NCBI GenBank assembly: GCA_963422435.1
Contig: OY729511.1
Span: forward strand, 2,826,105-2,890,104
Reading direction: 5' to 3'
Source: Candidatus Binatia bacterium
Lineage (GTDB): Bacteria > Desulfobacterota > Binatia > Bin18
Length of the DNA: 64,000 nucleotides
Below the pieces are notes generated by a model. It had not been told where the DNA came from and ran no database searches. It saw nothing but the letters and a program-made list of their open reading frames with translations. Every line of letters begins with the position of its first letter. The first letter of the stretch is position 1. The position numbers were made by a program, and so were the translations under genes. Positions 10,513-21,298 of this stretch are shown here, in pieces.

Positions 10513-11130
10513 TTGCGCGTGTTGGGGATAGACCCCGGCACGTTGCGGACCGGATGGGGTATCATTGAGAAAACGCGTCGGACGTTGACTTTTTGTGCCG
10601 GAGATGTCGTCTCCGTTAAAGGGCTCCGCTCCCTGCCTGAACGCCTGCGTCTCATATACGAGGAGCTTGTGGCGGTGATTGACCGCTGGACTCCCCATGT
10701 CTTGAGTCTTGAGAAAGCCTTTGTGGCCCATAACGCCCAGAGTGCTCTGCGCCTGGGCGAGGCGCGGGGCGTGGTGCTCCTGGCCGCGGCCCAAGCCGGT
10801 CTGCGGATTGCCGAGTATAATCCAACCGAAATCAAGGCGGCTGTGGCCGGTTATGGCCGGGCAGGAAAAATGCAGGTCCAAAAAGCGGTTTTTTCCCAAC
10901 TGCACCATCCAGACGGGGAGGCGGGTGTATTTCCGTCAAGCCAGGATGCGACGGATGCGCTCGCGGCGGCCATTTGCCACTGTAGTGCTGCCCGTATGCC
11001 CGATATGCTCCGCCAGGCCGGTGCTCAGCCGCGGCGTGCTGGGGGTAGGAAGGCCCGTTCTTTGCGCGACGTTTTTACGGAGCAGACGGTAGCCCAGATG
11101 CTCGCCGCAGACCAGAAAAAGCATAGGTAA
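10513..11130 (+). CDS. ruvC: Crossover junction endodeoxyribonuclease RuvC
   Basis: RVLGIDPGTLRTGWGII catalytic N-terminus. TTG start. About 40 aa basic C-terminal extension relative to typical RuvC. Confidence 0.85.
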   Translation: MRVLGIDPGTLRTGWGIIEKTRRTLTFCAGDVVSVKGLRSLPERLRLIYEELVAVIDRWTPHVLSLEKAFVAHNAQSALRLGEARGVVLLAAAQAGLRIAEYNPTEIKAAVAGYGRAGKMQVQKAVFSQLHHPDGEAGVFPSSQDATDALAAAICHCSAARMPDMLRQAGAQPRRAGGRKARSLRDVFTEQTVAQMLAADQKKHR

Positions 11131-11152
11131 TACGCTCACACGGCAACAGGTT

Positions 11153-11740
11153 ATGATTGCGCGCCTCCACGGAGTGCTCCACGAAAAGACCCCTGAGCAG
11201 CTCATTGTCGACGTTGGCGGAGTCGGCTATCAGGTGTTGGTGTCGTTACAAACCTTCTATCATCTGCCAGGGGTAGGGGAACGGGTCAGCTTGCTCATCC
11301 ACACGCATGCGCGAGAAGATGCCCTCCAACTGTTCGGTTTTCTGGAAGAAAAGGAAAAGTCCTATTTTCTGCTGCTTCGCAGCGTGAGTGGTATCGGCCC
11401 CCGCTTGGCCCTAAATATTCTGTCGGGCATTCCGGTTGATGAGTTGGAGAACGCGCTGCATACGCGCGATGTGACTCGCCTGGTTGCGACGCCGGGCGTT
11501 GGAAAGAAGACGGCTGAACGTTTGGTTGTCGAACTCCAGGAGAAAGTCGGCGTGAGTGAACAGGAGAATGGGATTCCTGCGGTAACCCCCAGTCCCCTCT
11601 CGACCGAAGCGACCTCTGCTCTGGTGAATCTGGGCTATCGGCAGGCGCAGGCCGAGAAGACGGTGCGCGCGGTTGTCCGCGATGGACACTCGCCCATTGC
11701 CGATGTGATCCGAGAATCGTTACGGAGGCTCAGCACATGA
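11153..11740 (+). CDS. ruvA: Holliday junction DNA helicase RuvA
   Basis: [29 protein letters not shown]-terminus, HhH domain, and C-terminal domain III. Confidence 0.9.
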   Translation: MIARLHGVLHEKTPEQLIVDVGGVGYQVLVSLQTFYHLPGVGERVSLLIHTHAREDALQLFGFLEEKEKSYFLLLRSVSGIGPRLALNILSGIPVDELENALHTRDVTRLVATPGVGKKTAERLVVELQEKVGVSEQENGIPAVTPSPLSTEATSALVNLGYRQAQAEKTVRAVVRDGHSPIADVIRESLRRLST

Positions 11741-12855
11741 GCCGCACCGAGAAAGACGTGCGAAAAGAGACGAACGACAATGCGGATAGCCCGGGGCACG
11801 GCCTGCTGAACCTCCATCCGTCGCCGGCTGACGGGGAGACTGCCTGGCCTGACGAGCCACATGTCGAGGGCTCGCTCCGCCCGCGCAGTCTTGAAGAATA
11901 CATCGGACAAGAGGGAACGAAACAGAATCTGGCGATAGCCATTGAGGCGGCCAAGCAGCGGGATGACGTTCTTGACCACCTGCTCTTCTGTGGTCCGCCC
12001 GGGTTAGGAAAAACGTCCCTGGCGCATATTATTGCGCGTGAAATGGATGGAACGATTCGGGCCACCACCGGCCCGGTGATTGAACGGCCCGGCGATCTGG
12101 CCGCTATTCTGACCAACCTGGAAGAAGGCGATGTACTCTTCATCGACGAGATACATCGACTCAATCACGTGGTTGAGGAATTTCTGTATCCGGCAATGGA
12201 AGATTTTGAACTTGACCTCGTCGTCGGCCAGGGCCCATCGGCGCGAACGGTCAAGCTGCCCCTGAAGCACTTCACCTTAATCGGCGCCACCACCCGCGCC
12301 GGGCTGTTGACCTCGCCGCTCCGCGATCGTTTTGGGTCAACGTTCCGATTGGATTTTTACCAGGTGTCCGAATTGGAACAGATCATTTGTCGGTCGGCCT
12401 CAATTCTTGCGGTTGAGACCGACGCGGGCGGAACCGCGGAAATTGCGCGCCGCGCACGGGGAACCCCCCGGATTGCCAATCGCTTACTCCGACGAGTGCG
12501 TGACTATGCCCAAGTAAAGAAGGAGCCGGTTGTCACGCAAGCAGTCGCCCATGCCGCCCTGACGCTGGTTGAAGTAGATGAGGCTGGATTTGACAAAATG
12601 GACCTGGCGATTCTGCGGACGATTATCGAGAAATTTGACGGAGGACCGGTCGGTGTCGAGACCATCGCCGCGGCTATTGGCGAAGAGAAGAGCACCATTG
12701 AAGACGTATACGAGCCGTACCTCTTGCAGGAGGGGTTTTTGCAGCGCACCCCGCGGGGACGTGTGGCCCCCCTCAAGGCCTATCGGCATCTGCATATTGA
12801 CCAACCTGGCAAAAAAGAGCAGGACGATTTGTTCTCACGAAAGCGACCAAAATAG
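11737..12855 (+). CDS. ruvB: Holliday junction DNA helicase RuvB
   Basis: AAA+ Walker [31 protein letters not shown], and a winged-helix C-terminus. ATGA overlap with ruvA. Confidence 0.9.
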   Translation: MSRTEKDVRKETNDNADSPGHGLLNLHPSPADGETAWPDEPHVEGSLRPRSLEEYIGQEGTKQNLAIAIEAAKQRDDVLDHLLFCGPPGLGKTSLAHIIAREMDGTIRATTGPVIERPGDLAAILTNLEEGDVLFIDEIHRLNHVVEEFLYPAMEDFELDLVVGQGPSARTVKLPLKHFTLIGATTRAGLLTSPLRDRFGSTFRLDFYQVSELEQIICRSASILAVETDAGGTAEIARRARGTPRIANRLLRRVRDYAQVKKEPVVTQAVAHAALTLVEVDEAGFDKMDLAILRTIIEKFDGGPVGVETIAAAIGEEKSTIEDVYEPYLLQEGFLQRTPRGRVAPLKAYRHLHIDQPGKKEQDDLFSRKRPK

Positions 12856-12928
12856 ATAATGGTGGAACGCTGATTATGCTGGTATATCTCCATTGTCTTT
12901 GCTGCTGACATGGGCAGGATGAGAAAGT

Positions 12929-15208
12929 ATGGAAGCCCCAGTCCACGAAAATCGCTTGGAGGAGCACAAACGGCGCCAGTTCTGGGAGGTCGTTGTCATC
13001 TTCGCGGCAGCGCTAGGCGTCTTTTTATTTGCCTTTCTCCAGAGTCGCTCGCCACAACTCAGCGACGGCGAGAGTCTCATCAGCAACATTATTTTTATTC
13101 TGCTGATCAATCTCAATATCATTCTGCTCGTTTTGCTCGTTTTCCTTGTTGGCCGGAACCTGCTGAAGCTGCTTTACGAGCGCCGTCGCAAGCTGCTCGG
13201 TGCACACCTCCGCTCTCGACTCGTCCTCGCTTTTTTGGGCATTTCTCTTTTCCCGGCAGTCCTCCTGTTCTTTATCGGGGTCGGCTTTCTGACGAAGTCA
13301 ATCGAGAATTGGTTCGCCTTACGTGTTGAGGGCTCGTTAAGCAGCTCGCTTGAGGTGGTTGACAGCGTCTATGCACGGCTTGCTGATGAGACCCTCACCC
13401 ACGCGCGGGCAATTGCCCGGACGATTATCTCCCAAGAACTCCTTGAGCCGCCGCACTTCGAGCGGTTGCAATCTCGCATGAACAGCGAGCAGTACGAACG
13501 GGACCTGGCCCAGCTCGTCGTGTACTCTGCGGCGCTCACCCTTGTGGCTCACGCGCCGGAGACGAGTGGGACGTTGACAGCTCCCCAACTCGGCGAGGCC
13601 CTCTTGGAGCGGGTCCGGTCTGAGGTCGAAGAGGTCCAGCAAATCGTGCCGCTGGAGCAGGCCGAGTTGGTGTACGGCGGTGTTCCCGTCATCAGTGGCG
13701 GACACCTTGCCGGTGTTGTTGTGGCCAGCACCCAGGTTCCTGCGGACGTCGTCAGACAAGGGGCGCAGGTGGTCGAGGCGTTAGATGAATATCGCCAGCT
13801 CAGGATCCTGAAGCAGCCAATCAAAAATAATTATGTGATTACGATGTTCCTGGTCACCTTAGTCGTCATCTTCTCGGCGATCTGGGTGGGTCTCTATCTG
13901 GCGAAAAAAATTGCTGTTCCCCTCCAACAGTTATCGGCCGCGACACGGGAGGTGGCTCAGGGTCACTGGGCGCACCGGATCGAGGGGGAAGGGGAGGATG
14001 AGATCGGAACCCTCGTTTCCGCTTTCAATCGGATGACTGTCGACCTCCAGCAGAGTCACCAGGAACTTGAGGCCCGGCGTCGCTATATGGAGATCTTACT
14101 CGGGAATATCAACGCTGGTGTGGTCTCGTTTGATCGCGATGGTCGGCTCTCTACCCTGAACCGGGCGGCGGAGCAGTTGCTGCGTTTGCAGGCCGATAGC
14201 GTGATTGGGCAGGATTATCGTGATGTTTTCTCCGCCAGCGAGTTCCAAGAAGTGCAGCGTATCGTTCAGGAACTCCTTCTGGTGCAACACGGTAACGGGA
14301 ACGCTGTCAGTCAAGAACAGCGGGGCCAACTCCGTTTAGATCGCGACGGACACGTCTATTCCCTCCTGATAACAGGGACCCCTCTGCCTGACGACCGTGA
14401 GCATGCGCTCGGGGTGTTATGCTTTTTTGAGGATGTGACGCAGATCGTCCAGGTCGAACGGATGGAAGCCTGGCGCGAGGTCGCCCGTCGTATTGCGCAT
14501 GAAATTAAAAATCCGCTGACACCGATTCAGCTTGCGGCCCAGCGTCTCCAGCGCCGTTTTGGTCCCCAGATTGCGGACGGGAGCGAGGTGTTTGACGAGT
14601 GTGTGCAGAGCATCGCGCATGAAGTCGACGCGATTAAAAAACTCGTCAACGAATTTTCCACATTTGCTCGTCTGCCGGCCGGAAAGCAGAGTCTGCATGA
14701 CCTGAATGCGTTGGCACAGGAGACAATTGTGCTGATCGCTGAAGCCTACCGTGACCTGGATGTCGCCTTTGTGCCGGATCGTTCACTGCCGTTGTTCGAG
14801 CTTGATCGCGAGGGGATGCGACGTGTCCTGCGCAATCTGTTGGACAATGCGGTTGTCGCGTGTCGAGAAGGGACGGATGGGATGCAGGGACATATCGAAG
14901 TCGCGACTCGATATTTGCGTCCGCTTGGCATTGCCCGTATCGAAATCGCTGATAATGGCTGTGGGATCCCGCCAGATGTCAAGCAGCGACTGTTCGAGCC
15001 GTATTTTTCAACCAAAAAGGACGGGACCGGACTCGGTCTGGCCATTGTTGCAACCGTGGTGGCGGATCACCAGGCATTTATCCGAGTACGAGACAACACG
15101 CCACGAGGCAGCCGGTTCATTATTGAGATGCCTGTGCGCAGCAGTCCTCGTCAGACTGGTATGCTGGGTGAGAAGCCCTCGTCACCGTCTATTGAAAACG
15201 CAGCCTGA
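12929..15208 (+). CDS. ntrY: NtrY-like sensor histidine kinase (multi-TM, periplasmic domain, HAMP, PAS, HisKA, HATPase_c)
   Basis: Three N-terminal TM helices, about 180 aa extracytoplasmic segment, a fourth TM, HAMP, PAS, H-box IAHEIKNPLTPIQ, and N/G boxes (DNGCGIP, GTGLGLAIV). Confidence 0.8.
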   Translation: MEAPVHENRLEEHKRRQFWEVVVIFAAALGVFLFAFLQSRSPQLSDGESLISNIIFILLINLNIILLVLLVFLVGRNLLKLLYERRRKLLGAHLRSRLVLAFLGISLFPAVLLFFIGVGFLTKSIENWFALRVEGSLSSSLEVVDSVYARLADETLTHARAIARTIISQELLEPPHFERLQSRMNSEQYERDLAQLVVYSAALTLVAHAPETSGTLTAPQLGEALLERVRSEVEEVQQIVPLEQAELVYGGVPVISGGHLAGVVVASTQVPADVVRQGAQVVEALDEYRQLRILKQPIKNNYVITMFLVTLVVIFSAIWVGLYLAKKIAVPLQQLSAATREVAQGHWAHRIEGEGEDEIGTLVSAFNRMTVDLQQSHQELEARRRYMEILLGNINAGVVSFDRDGRLSTLNRAAEQLLRLQADSVIGQDYRDVFSASEFQEVQRIVQELLLVQHGNGNAVSQEQRGQLRLDRDGHVYSLLITGTPLPDDREHALGVLCFFEDVTQIVQVERMEAWREVARRIAHEIKNPLTPIQLAAQRLQRRFGPQIADGSEVFDECVQSIAHEVDAIKKLVNEFSTFARLPAGKQSLHDLNALAQETIVLIAEAYRDLDVAFVPDRSLPLFELDREGMRRVLRNLLDNAVVACREGTDGMQGHIEVATRYLRPLGIARIEIADNGCGIPPDVKQRLFEPYFSTKKDGTGLGLAIVATVVADHQAFIRVRDNTPRGSRFIIEMPVRSSPRQTGMLGEKPSSPSIENAA

Positions 15209-15226
15209 GGCCGGGGAGGGACGCCA

Positions 15227-16537
15227 ATGGAAGAGCCGCTCTTAATCGTGGATGACGAAGAAAAAATCCGGACGATGTTGCGTGGCGTTTTGCAAGATGA
15301 AGGGTTCCGTACGCTTGAGACGGACTCAGGTGACAGCGTTCTTGACTTAGTCGCCAAGTGGCATCCGCGTCTGGTCCTCCTCGATATCTGGATGCCGCAC
15401 ATTGATGGGATCGCTCTGCTCGAACAGCTCCAGGCTCGAGACCCTGAACTGCCGATTATTGTGATCTCCGGTCATGGGACGATCGAAACAGCCGTCCGTG
15501 CCACCAAACTGGGAGCCGCGGATTTCCTCGAAAAGCCTTTCTCGCTGTATACCCTACTCCGTTCGGTCCACCGGGCCCTGGGAACAGAGCCGAGCCATTC
15601 CACCGCTATGCAGATAGACACAGCCGCGGCTGATACAGACTCTCCAGCCGTACACACGACGCGAAAAATCCCGGCCCGGACCATTCGTCACAGTGTGGTT
15701 GTACACGGTCGGGGGCTCCACTCGGGGGTGCGCACGGGGATTATTTTACATCCCTTATCGCCGGGGAGCGGCATTGTGTTCGGTCCCTTGTCCTCGGACA
15801 TCATGATTCCGGCAACCGTCAAGTATGTCCAATCGACCGGCTACGCAACCAGCCTGTATCGGGAGGGGACGGGGGTAAAAACGGTTGAACACCTGCTCTC
15901 GGCGCTGCACGGGTATGGCATTACCAATCTGCTCATTAAAATGCAGGGGGAGGTCCCTATTCTCGATGGGTCGGCGCTGGAATTTTGTCAGTTGCTCGAC
16001 AGCGCCGGTATTGTTGAACAAGACGAAGAGGTAGAGGCAGTGAGCGTAGACCGGGCCTATCAGGTCGGCGACCATAATGCAGGAAAGTTCCTCCGCATCG
16101 AGCCCTCAGAGCAGCTTGAGATCGACTACTGCCTGGAATATCCAGAGCCAGTCGGGAGACAGGAGTTCTACTACGTCCAGCGTGATGCAGACAGCTATCG
16201 TGAGACGATCGCGCCGGCGCGGACTTTCGGCTTTCTCAAGGAGATTGAAGCGCTCGAAGAGATGGGTCTCGCCAATGGCGGCCGGCTGAATAACTGCCTC
16301 GTGATTGGCGAGCAAGGGATCATCAATCCGCCGCTCCGCTTTGAGAATGAGCTGGTCCGCCACAAGATTCTTGATCTGCTCGGCGATCTCTACCTCTTAG
16401 GCCAGCCCATCCGTGGCAAAGTGACGGCCTACCGGACAGGACATGGCGACAATATCGCTCTGCTGCGGGCCATCCGAGAAGAGCAGGCTCCGCGCGTGCC
16501 AGAGCCGGCGTCAAAGACAGCCCCGGCTCTCCAGTGA
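15227..16537 (+). CDS. lpxC: Fusion protein: NtrX/NtrC-type receiver (REC) domain fused to UDP-3-O-acyl-N-acetylglucosamine deacetylase LpxC
   Basis: Residues 1-120 are a CheY-like receiver (DDEE acidic pocket, phospho-acceptor Asp in LVLLDIWMPHIDG, ISGHG, FLEKPF). After about 35 aa of linker, a complete LpxC: TVEHLLSALHG (catalytic Glu/His pair), ARTFGFLKEIE, RFENELVRHKILDLLGDL, YRTGHGDN. It lies 18 nt downstream of the kinase. Confidence 0.8.
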   Translation: MEEPLLIVDDEEKIRTMLRGVLQDEGFRTLETDSGDSVLDLVAKWHPRLVLLDIWMPHIDGIALLEQLQARDPELPIIVISGHGTIETAVRATKLGAADFLEKPFSLYTLLRSVHRALGTEPSHSTAMQIDTAAADTDSPAVHTTRKIPARTIRHSVVVHGRGLHSGVRTGIILHPLSPGSGIVFGPLSSDIMIPATVKYVQSTGYATSLYREGTGVKTVEHLLSALHGYGITNLLIKMQGEVPILDGSALEFCQLLDSAGIVEQDEEVEAVSVDRAYQVGDHNAGKFLRIEPSEQLEIDYCLEYPEPVGRQEFYYVQRDADSYRETIAPARTFGFLKEIEALEEMGLANGGRLNNCLVIGEQGIINPPLRFENELVRHKILDLLGDLYLLGQPIRGKVTAYRTGHGDNIALLRAIREEQAPRVPEPASKTAPALQ

Positions 16538-16541
16538 CCGA

Positions 16542-17843
16542 CTACGGGGTCACCCGTTCTAACATTCTGGGAAATGGAATTGATTCTCGGACGTGGTGCA
16601 GACCGCACAGCCAGGTGACCATACGCTCAATGCCCATGCCGAAACCCGCATGAGGAACAGAGCCGTAGCGTCTCAGGTCAAGATACCAAGAGAAGGCTTC
16701 TGCGGACAGATCATGCGCTTCCAGTTTTCCTCGTAAGACGGACAGGTCGTCCTCACGTTGACCGCCCCCGATGATCTCGCCATAGCCTTCTGGCGCTAAG
16801 ACATCCATGCAGAGGGCAACTGTGGCATCCTGCGGGTCGGTCTTCATATAAAAGGCTTTGTTGTCTATCGGGTAGCGATGGACTATAACCGGGCGGTCAA
16901 ATTGTTCGGATAAGGTGGTCTCGTCATCGCCGCCAAAGTCGTTCCCCCACTGAATGTCAACGCCCTTGGCTTGGAGGCGTTCGATAGCCTCGCCGTAGCT
17001 GATACGCGGAAACGGCTTCTTCACCTGAGCGAGTTTGCTGATATCACGCTCGAGTGTCTGGAGTTCCGCCGGCCGGTTGGTCAGGACGCGCTGGACAACG
17101 GTCTCCAGAAAATCTTCGGCCAAGTCCATATCGCCATCCAGGTCGCAGTAGGCCACTTCGGGCTCAATCATCCAAAATTCAGTCAGATGGCGCCGCGTTT
17201 TGGATTTCTCGGCACGAAAGGTCGGCCCGCAGCAGTAGACCTTGCCGAACGCCATGGCCCCGGCTTCCATATAGAGCTGACCGCTCTGGGTGAGATAGAC
17301 GGTGTCATCGAAATAGGCGACTGGAAAGAGGGTGGTTGTGCCTTCACAGGCCGTCGGGGTGAAGATTGGGGCGTCGAGCAGGGTAAAGCCACGTGCATCG
17401 AAGTAGTCTCGACACGCTTTGATGATTTCACTGCGGACACGCAGCAGAGCCTGCTGGCGTGAGGACCGCAGCCACAGGTGACGGTGGTCGAGCAGAAAGG
17501 CGACTCCGTGTTCCTTGGGGGTAATCGGGTAGGCATGGGCCTGCTGGGTGAGGTGTAAGGCGCTCACGCCGAGTTCAAAGCCAATAGGCGAGCGCGTATC
17601 CGCCCGGACCGTGCCCTGGACAATAACGGACGATTCCTGGGTGAGGTCCTGTCCTAAGGCAAAGGTCTCGGCTGAGATGTCACCCTTGAACACCACACAC
17701 TGGATCGTACCGGTGCCGTCGCGAACTTGAAGAAAGTGCAGCTTCCCGCTGGAGCGCTTATTATACAACCAGCCGCGGAGCTCGACTTTTTGCCCTTCGT
17801 ATTGGGCAATATCCTTGACATACACCCACTCAGGCATAAGCAT
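16542..17843 (-). CDS. asnS: Asparagine--tRNA ligase (class IIb; archaeal-type AspRS not excluded)
   Basis: 433 aa. N-terminal OB anticodon-binding domain; class II motifs [10 protein letters not shown] and [27 protein letters not shown]. Confidence 0.65.
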   Translation of the reverse strand: MLMPEWVYVKDIAQYEGQKVELRGWLYNKRSSGKLHFLQVRDGTGTIQCVVFKGDISAETFALGQDLTQESSVIVQGTVRADTRSPIGFELGVSALHLTQQAHAYPITPKEHGVAFLLDHRHLWLRSSRQQALLRVRSEIIKACRDYFDARGFTLLDAPIFTPTACEGTTTLFPVAYFDDTVYLTQSGQLYMEAGAMAFGKVYCCGPTFRAEKSKTRRHLTEFWMIEPEVAYCDLDGDMDLAEDFLETVVQRVLTNRPAELQTLERDISKLAQVKKPFPRISYGEAIERLQAKGVDIQWGNDFGGDDETTLSEQFDRPVIVHRYPIDNKAFYMKTDPQDATVALCMDVLAPEGYGEIIGGGQREDDLSVLRGKLEAHDLSAEAFSWYLDLRRYGSVPHAGFGMGIERMVTWLCGLHHVRESIPFPRMLERVTP

Positions 17844-17905
17844 TTCCTTCCTGGATTGCCGAACGCTGTTCAGAAGGGCACTATAGCATAAAGGAAGAGG
17901 AAGAC

Positions 17906-18904
17906 ATGAGGCCGAGTCGGAAAGTCGTCAGTTCCTCCCTGGTGCTCTTACTGTTCACGACAGGTGGAGCACCGATACGCGCGCGGGCGGCGGAGTGTGC
18001 CTCTTCGCAGGACTATCGCCGCTGTCAGTTGCATATTGTTCAAATAGATCGGGTTGCACGGCGTCTGCTTGAAGCTGTTCCTCGGCCGTATCCTGTCCAG
18101 TTTATACTGGCCGTCGGCGAGCCGACGATTAACGCTGGAGCAACCTTTGGTAAGGTCATACTCTCCTCTGGCATGATGGACTTCCTCCGCTCGGACGATG
18201 AACTGGCGATAATTCTAGGACACGAACTGGCGCATATTACCCGGGGACACGTTGCCCGAGGAGCGACGAACAAGGTCCTGTTGGATATCGGAAATGCCTT
18301 AGCCAGTGCTGTTTTTCCTGGTGCGGGCACGGCAACTAATGTGGTTGGCCGGCTTTTTCTGAATCATTTTAATCAAGAGCAGGAGTTGGAGGCCGATCGG
18401 GTGGGGCTCCAGTACGCGACTGATGCTGGCTATGATCCACGGGCGGGTGAGGCGGTGATGCGCCGCTTGGCCGAAGAGGTTCCCCAGAGTGCGACCGCGG
18501 GGTTTTTCTCTTCCCATCCGTCTTCCGGAGAACGGGCGAGCGCGCTGAAGAAGAGGGCGGATCAAATCACCCTCCGGTCGGACAGGGCGCGGCAGGAGGG
18601 GGGTGCGCCCCGATTCGGTCGGGATGAAGTGGCGTGTCGTCGGGCAAGGCCACACTTTTACCGCGCCCGGGCGCGTCCGAACTTAACCGAGAAAGCCGCG
18701 CTCTATCGGCGAGGCCTGCGCCAGTGCCCTGAGAGTCCGCGCGCACTTTTTGAGTTGGCCGAGACCTATATCCAGATGGGCCAGGACCAACGTGCTGCCG
18801 TAGAACTGCGTGCGGTGCTGCGCTATGACTCTGGATATCCACGCGCGCAACGTCGCCTGCGTGAAGTTGCGCGCCGTCTCTCGTCGGGGAAAAATAAAAA
18901 ATAA
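17906..18904 (+). CDS. M48 family zinc metallopeptidase with C-terminal TPR repeats (BepA/YcaL-like)
   Basis: Signal peptide, HEXXH ([13 protein letters not shown]), and a TPR-like C-terminus. Confidence 0.75.
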   Translation: MRPSRKVVSSSLVLLLFTTGGAPIRARAAECASSQDYRRCQLHIVQIDRVARRLLEAVPRPYPVQFILAVGEPTINAGATFGKVILSSGMMDFLRSDDELAIILGHELAHITRGHVARGATNKVLLDIGNALASAVFPGAGTATNVVGRLFLNHFNQEQELEADRVGLQYATDAGYDPRAGEAVMRRLAEEVPQSATAGFFSSHPSSGERASALKKRADQITLRSDRARQEGGAPRFGRDEVACRRARPHFYRARARPNLTEKAALYRRGLRQCPESPRALFELAETYIQMGQDQRAAVELRAVLRYDSGYPRAQRRLREVARRLSSGKNKK

Positions 18905-18938
18905 CAGGGCAAATCCCGAGGGCCTTGGGCAGTGATTG

Positions 18939-19589
18939 CTAGCGTTCCGGCTGAGTATGCCTCTGCCTTGGGAGGAATTCTTGCACCAGAGAGGACAACG
19001 ATTGGGTCGGCTTCTGAGCCGCCTGTGACGGTTGTGTCGTTGGGGACAGCAAGCGGTGAAAGAGGCTGGACTCGCGCCGAAAGAATCCCTCAGTATGGTA
19101 GGATTCTCGGAAGTAGAAATAAGTATAGTCTAAATGATGACAGACTTCATGTAACAGGGTTCTGAGAAAGGTTCGAAACGCAACGGTCTGTTTGCGCTTT
19201 GCCGTTCGCATCCAGACCTGGATCGAGTCATTTTTACTGCCTCCGCTGTATTGCGTATAGAGGCCGTGGAGTTCCCCCTGTCGGTTCGACGGACGAGTAC
19301 CGTGTACGCGGACCTGGACCGTGCGGACCCTGAGCTGCCAACAGATGTGATTGACAATGGTTTGGGAAAGCGCCGCGACACGAGTTTGCTCTTCTGCCGC
19401 GAGCGCGGTGGGCAGGGCTTTGACCGCCGCTCGAAGTCGTGCAGTTGGGTCAAATTCAATCGTTGTGACCGCGGTGCTCCGGTCAAAGATGCGCTGCTGA
19501 AAAGGGGTCAGTTTTGCACGCCAGTGTCGCCGCATTACACCCTCCTGCCCGTCCTCACGTATTGTGGCCTGAAAGGAGCGGAACGACAA
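18939..19589 (-). CDS. Zincin-like HExxH protein (DUF45/YgjP or SprT-like family)
   Basis: LLHEVCHHLD...SYHTEGFFRR resembles the HEL.HL...NHS..FW core of DUF45/SprT. Confidence 0.45.
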   Translation of the reverse strand: MSFRSFQATIREDGQEGVMRRHWRAKLTPFQQRIFDRSTAVTTIEFDPTARLRAAVKALPTALAAEEQTRVAALSQTIVNHICWQLRVRTVQVRVHGTRPSNRQGELHGLYTQYSGGSKNDSIQVWMRTAKRKQTVAFRTFLRTLLHEVCHHLDYTYFYFRESYHTEGFFRRESSLFHRLLSPTTQPSQAAQKPTQSLSSLVQEFLPRQRHTQPER

Positions 19590-19675
19590 GAGAGCGGCAC
19601 GGGCAGCAATCCTTTTCTTTTGTCCGGGAATTACATAGACTGCGGGCGGTAAGTTTCTGGCAAGAGGAGAAGGCG

Positions 19676-19957
19676 ATGCGGGTATGTCGCACAGCGACGC
19701 TCTCAGGTAAGGTTGAGTACGTGGAATACTATGGGATGACGATGCTTCCGACCTTGGTTGTCGGCAACGGCACCGTTGCCATGAAGGCGAGTATCATGGA
19801 CCGGATGCTGCTGTTCTATGCGGACCGGGATATTGTGAAAGATATCCCGCTCACGGGCGAGGCGTACTGGTACCGGGACGTTGATCGGCTATCAGTACGG
19901 GACGATGGGTATTACGCGGGGAATGGGTATTGGTGGGGATCCGTATATTTTACTTAG
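19676..19957 (+). CDS. Hypothetical small protein with an aromatic/Gly-rich C-terminus
   Basis: ATG preceded by a GGAGAAGG Shine-Dalgarno sequence. About 93 aa, ending DGYYAGNGYWWGSVYFT. No family recognised. Confidence 0.3.
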   Translation: MRVCRTATLSGKVEYVEYYGMTMLPTLVVGNGTVAMKASIMDRMLLFYADRDIVKDIPLTGEAYWYRDVDRLSVRDDGYYAGNGYWWGSVYFT

Positions 19958-20195
19958 GAGCGTCTCAGCCCCCCCGGAGACACTCGCTCTGCCACCCCAA
20001 AGGAAAGAAAAAGAAGACGCCAACTGAAAAGGCTCGGCGCGTTTGCCGTTGCCGTTGACCGCTCTAATCTAAGCCGTAACGCGACCATTCTTGAATGGAT
20101 CACCGGAGCTTGATAATGGAGGACCTGTAAGGTCTTCATTGGCATGAATTTCGTCGTCTCGAATGCATGAGATGCGACGCTGAGGAGGAGACTGG

Positions 20196-21284
20196 GTGGG
20201 CGAACAAAACACTCCTGACATCCACACTCGTATCACTGAACGACTCAGGCAAATTCAATATCCAGGCTCACAGCGGGATATTGTGAGCTTAGGACTCGTT
20301 GGTAAGGTTCAAGTGCAGGCAGATAGTGTGGTGGTGCATATTCGGGCAAGCAGTATCAAAGAAGATGTGCTTCGACACTTGCGTGGACGCATAACGCAAG
20401 AATTGACGACCTTCCCTGAGATTGCGCACGTCCATATCCACGCGTTCCCCGCTCAAGCCGGGCAACCAAACCAGGCTGGCACGGCGGGCAATCAAGCCGT
20501 GCGAGAGCGAGCGGATATTCCTGGTGTTCGGCGTATTCTGGCAGTGGCCAGTGGCAAAGGCGGAGTCGGAAAATCTACGGTTGCGGTCAACCTCGCCCTG
20601 GCCCTGGCGTCGTTAGGACATAAGGTTGGGCTGCTTGATGCCGATATTTATGGGCCCAGCGTGCCGCTGATGATGGGGACTGAGGCCACGCCGCAGGCCG
20701 GACAGGACAAAAAGATCTATCCGGTTGAAAAGTATGGGATCAGCCTCATCTCAATGGGCTTTTTTCTGGATGACCAGTCGCCAGTGATCTGGCGGGGCCC
20801 CATTGTGATGAGCATTATCCGCCAATTCCTGCGGGACGTGCTCTGGAGTGAATTGGATTACTTAGTTGTGGACCTGCCACCCGGCACCGGCGATATCGCT
20901 CTCACCTTGGCGCAGGAAGTGCCCTTGCACGGGGGCGTTGTGGTGACGACGCCGCAAGATGTCGCCCTGCTTGACGTCCAGCGCGGGATCAGTATGTTCA
21001 AACAGGTCAACGTGCCGCTTCTCGGGATCATCGAAAATATGAGTTTCTACGAATGCCCGGTCTGCCACGAAAAAGAAGAAGTCTTCGGCCATGGTGGCGC
21101 ACAGAAAACAGGATTGAAAGTGCTGGGGGAGGTCCCCCTGGTTGAAGAAGTCCGAGCGGGTGCCGACGCCGGCAAGCCGGTGGTTGTCTCGGCTCCTGAC
21201 CATCCGGTTGCCCAGGAGTTTTTCGGGATCGCCCGACAGGTCGTCGCAACAGAGGAAATGCAGTTACCCCAGTCGATCCACTAA
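20196..21284 (+). CDS. apbC: Mrp/ApbC/NBP35(Ind1-like) Fe-S cluster carrier ATPase with N-terminal DUF59/MIP18 domain
   Basis: GTG start with a GAGGAGGAG Shine-Dalgarno sequence. DUF59 segment (IQYPGSQRDIVSLGLV), deviant Walker A AVASGKGGVGKSTVAVNLALALA, and a CxxC region (CPVCHEKE). Confidence 0.85.
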   Translation: MGEQNTPDIHTRITERLRQIQYPGSQRDIVSLGLVGKVQVQADSVVVHIRASSIKEDVLRHLRGRITQELTTFPEIAHVHIHAFPAQAGQPNQAGTAGNQAVRERADIPGVRRILAVASGKGGVGKSTVAVNLALALASLGHKVGLLDADIYGPSVPLMMGTEATPQAGQDKKIYPVEKYGISLISMGFFLDDQSPVIWRGPIVMSIIRQFLRDVLWSELDYLVVDLPPGTGDIALTLAQEVPLHGGVVVTTPQDVALLDVQRGISMFKQVNVPLLGIIENMSFYECPVCHEKEEVFGHGGAQKTGLKVLGEVPLVEEVRAGADAGKPVVVSAPDHPVAQEFFGIARQVVATEEMQLPQSIH

Positions 21285-21298
21285 ATAACGAGGATGCC

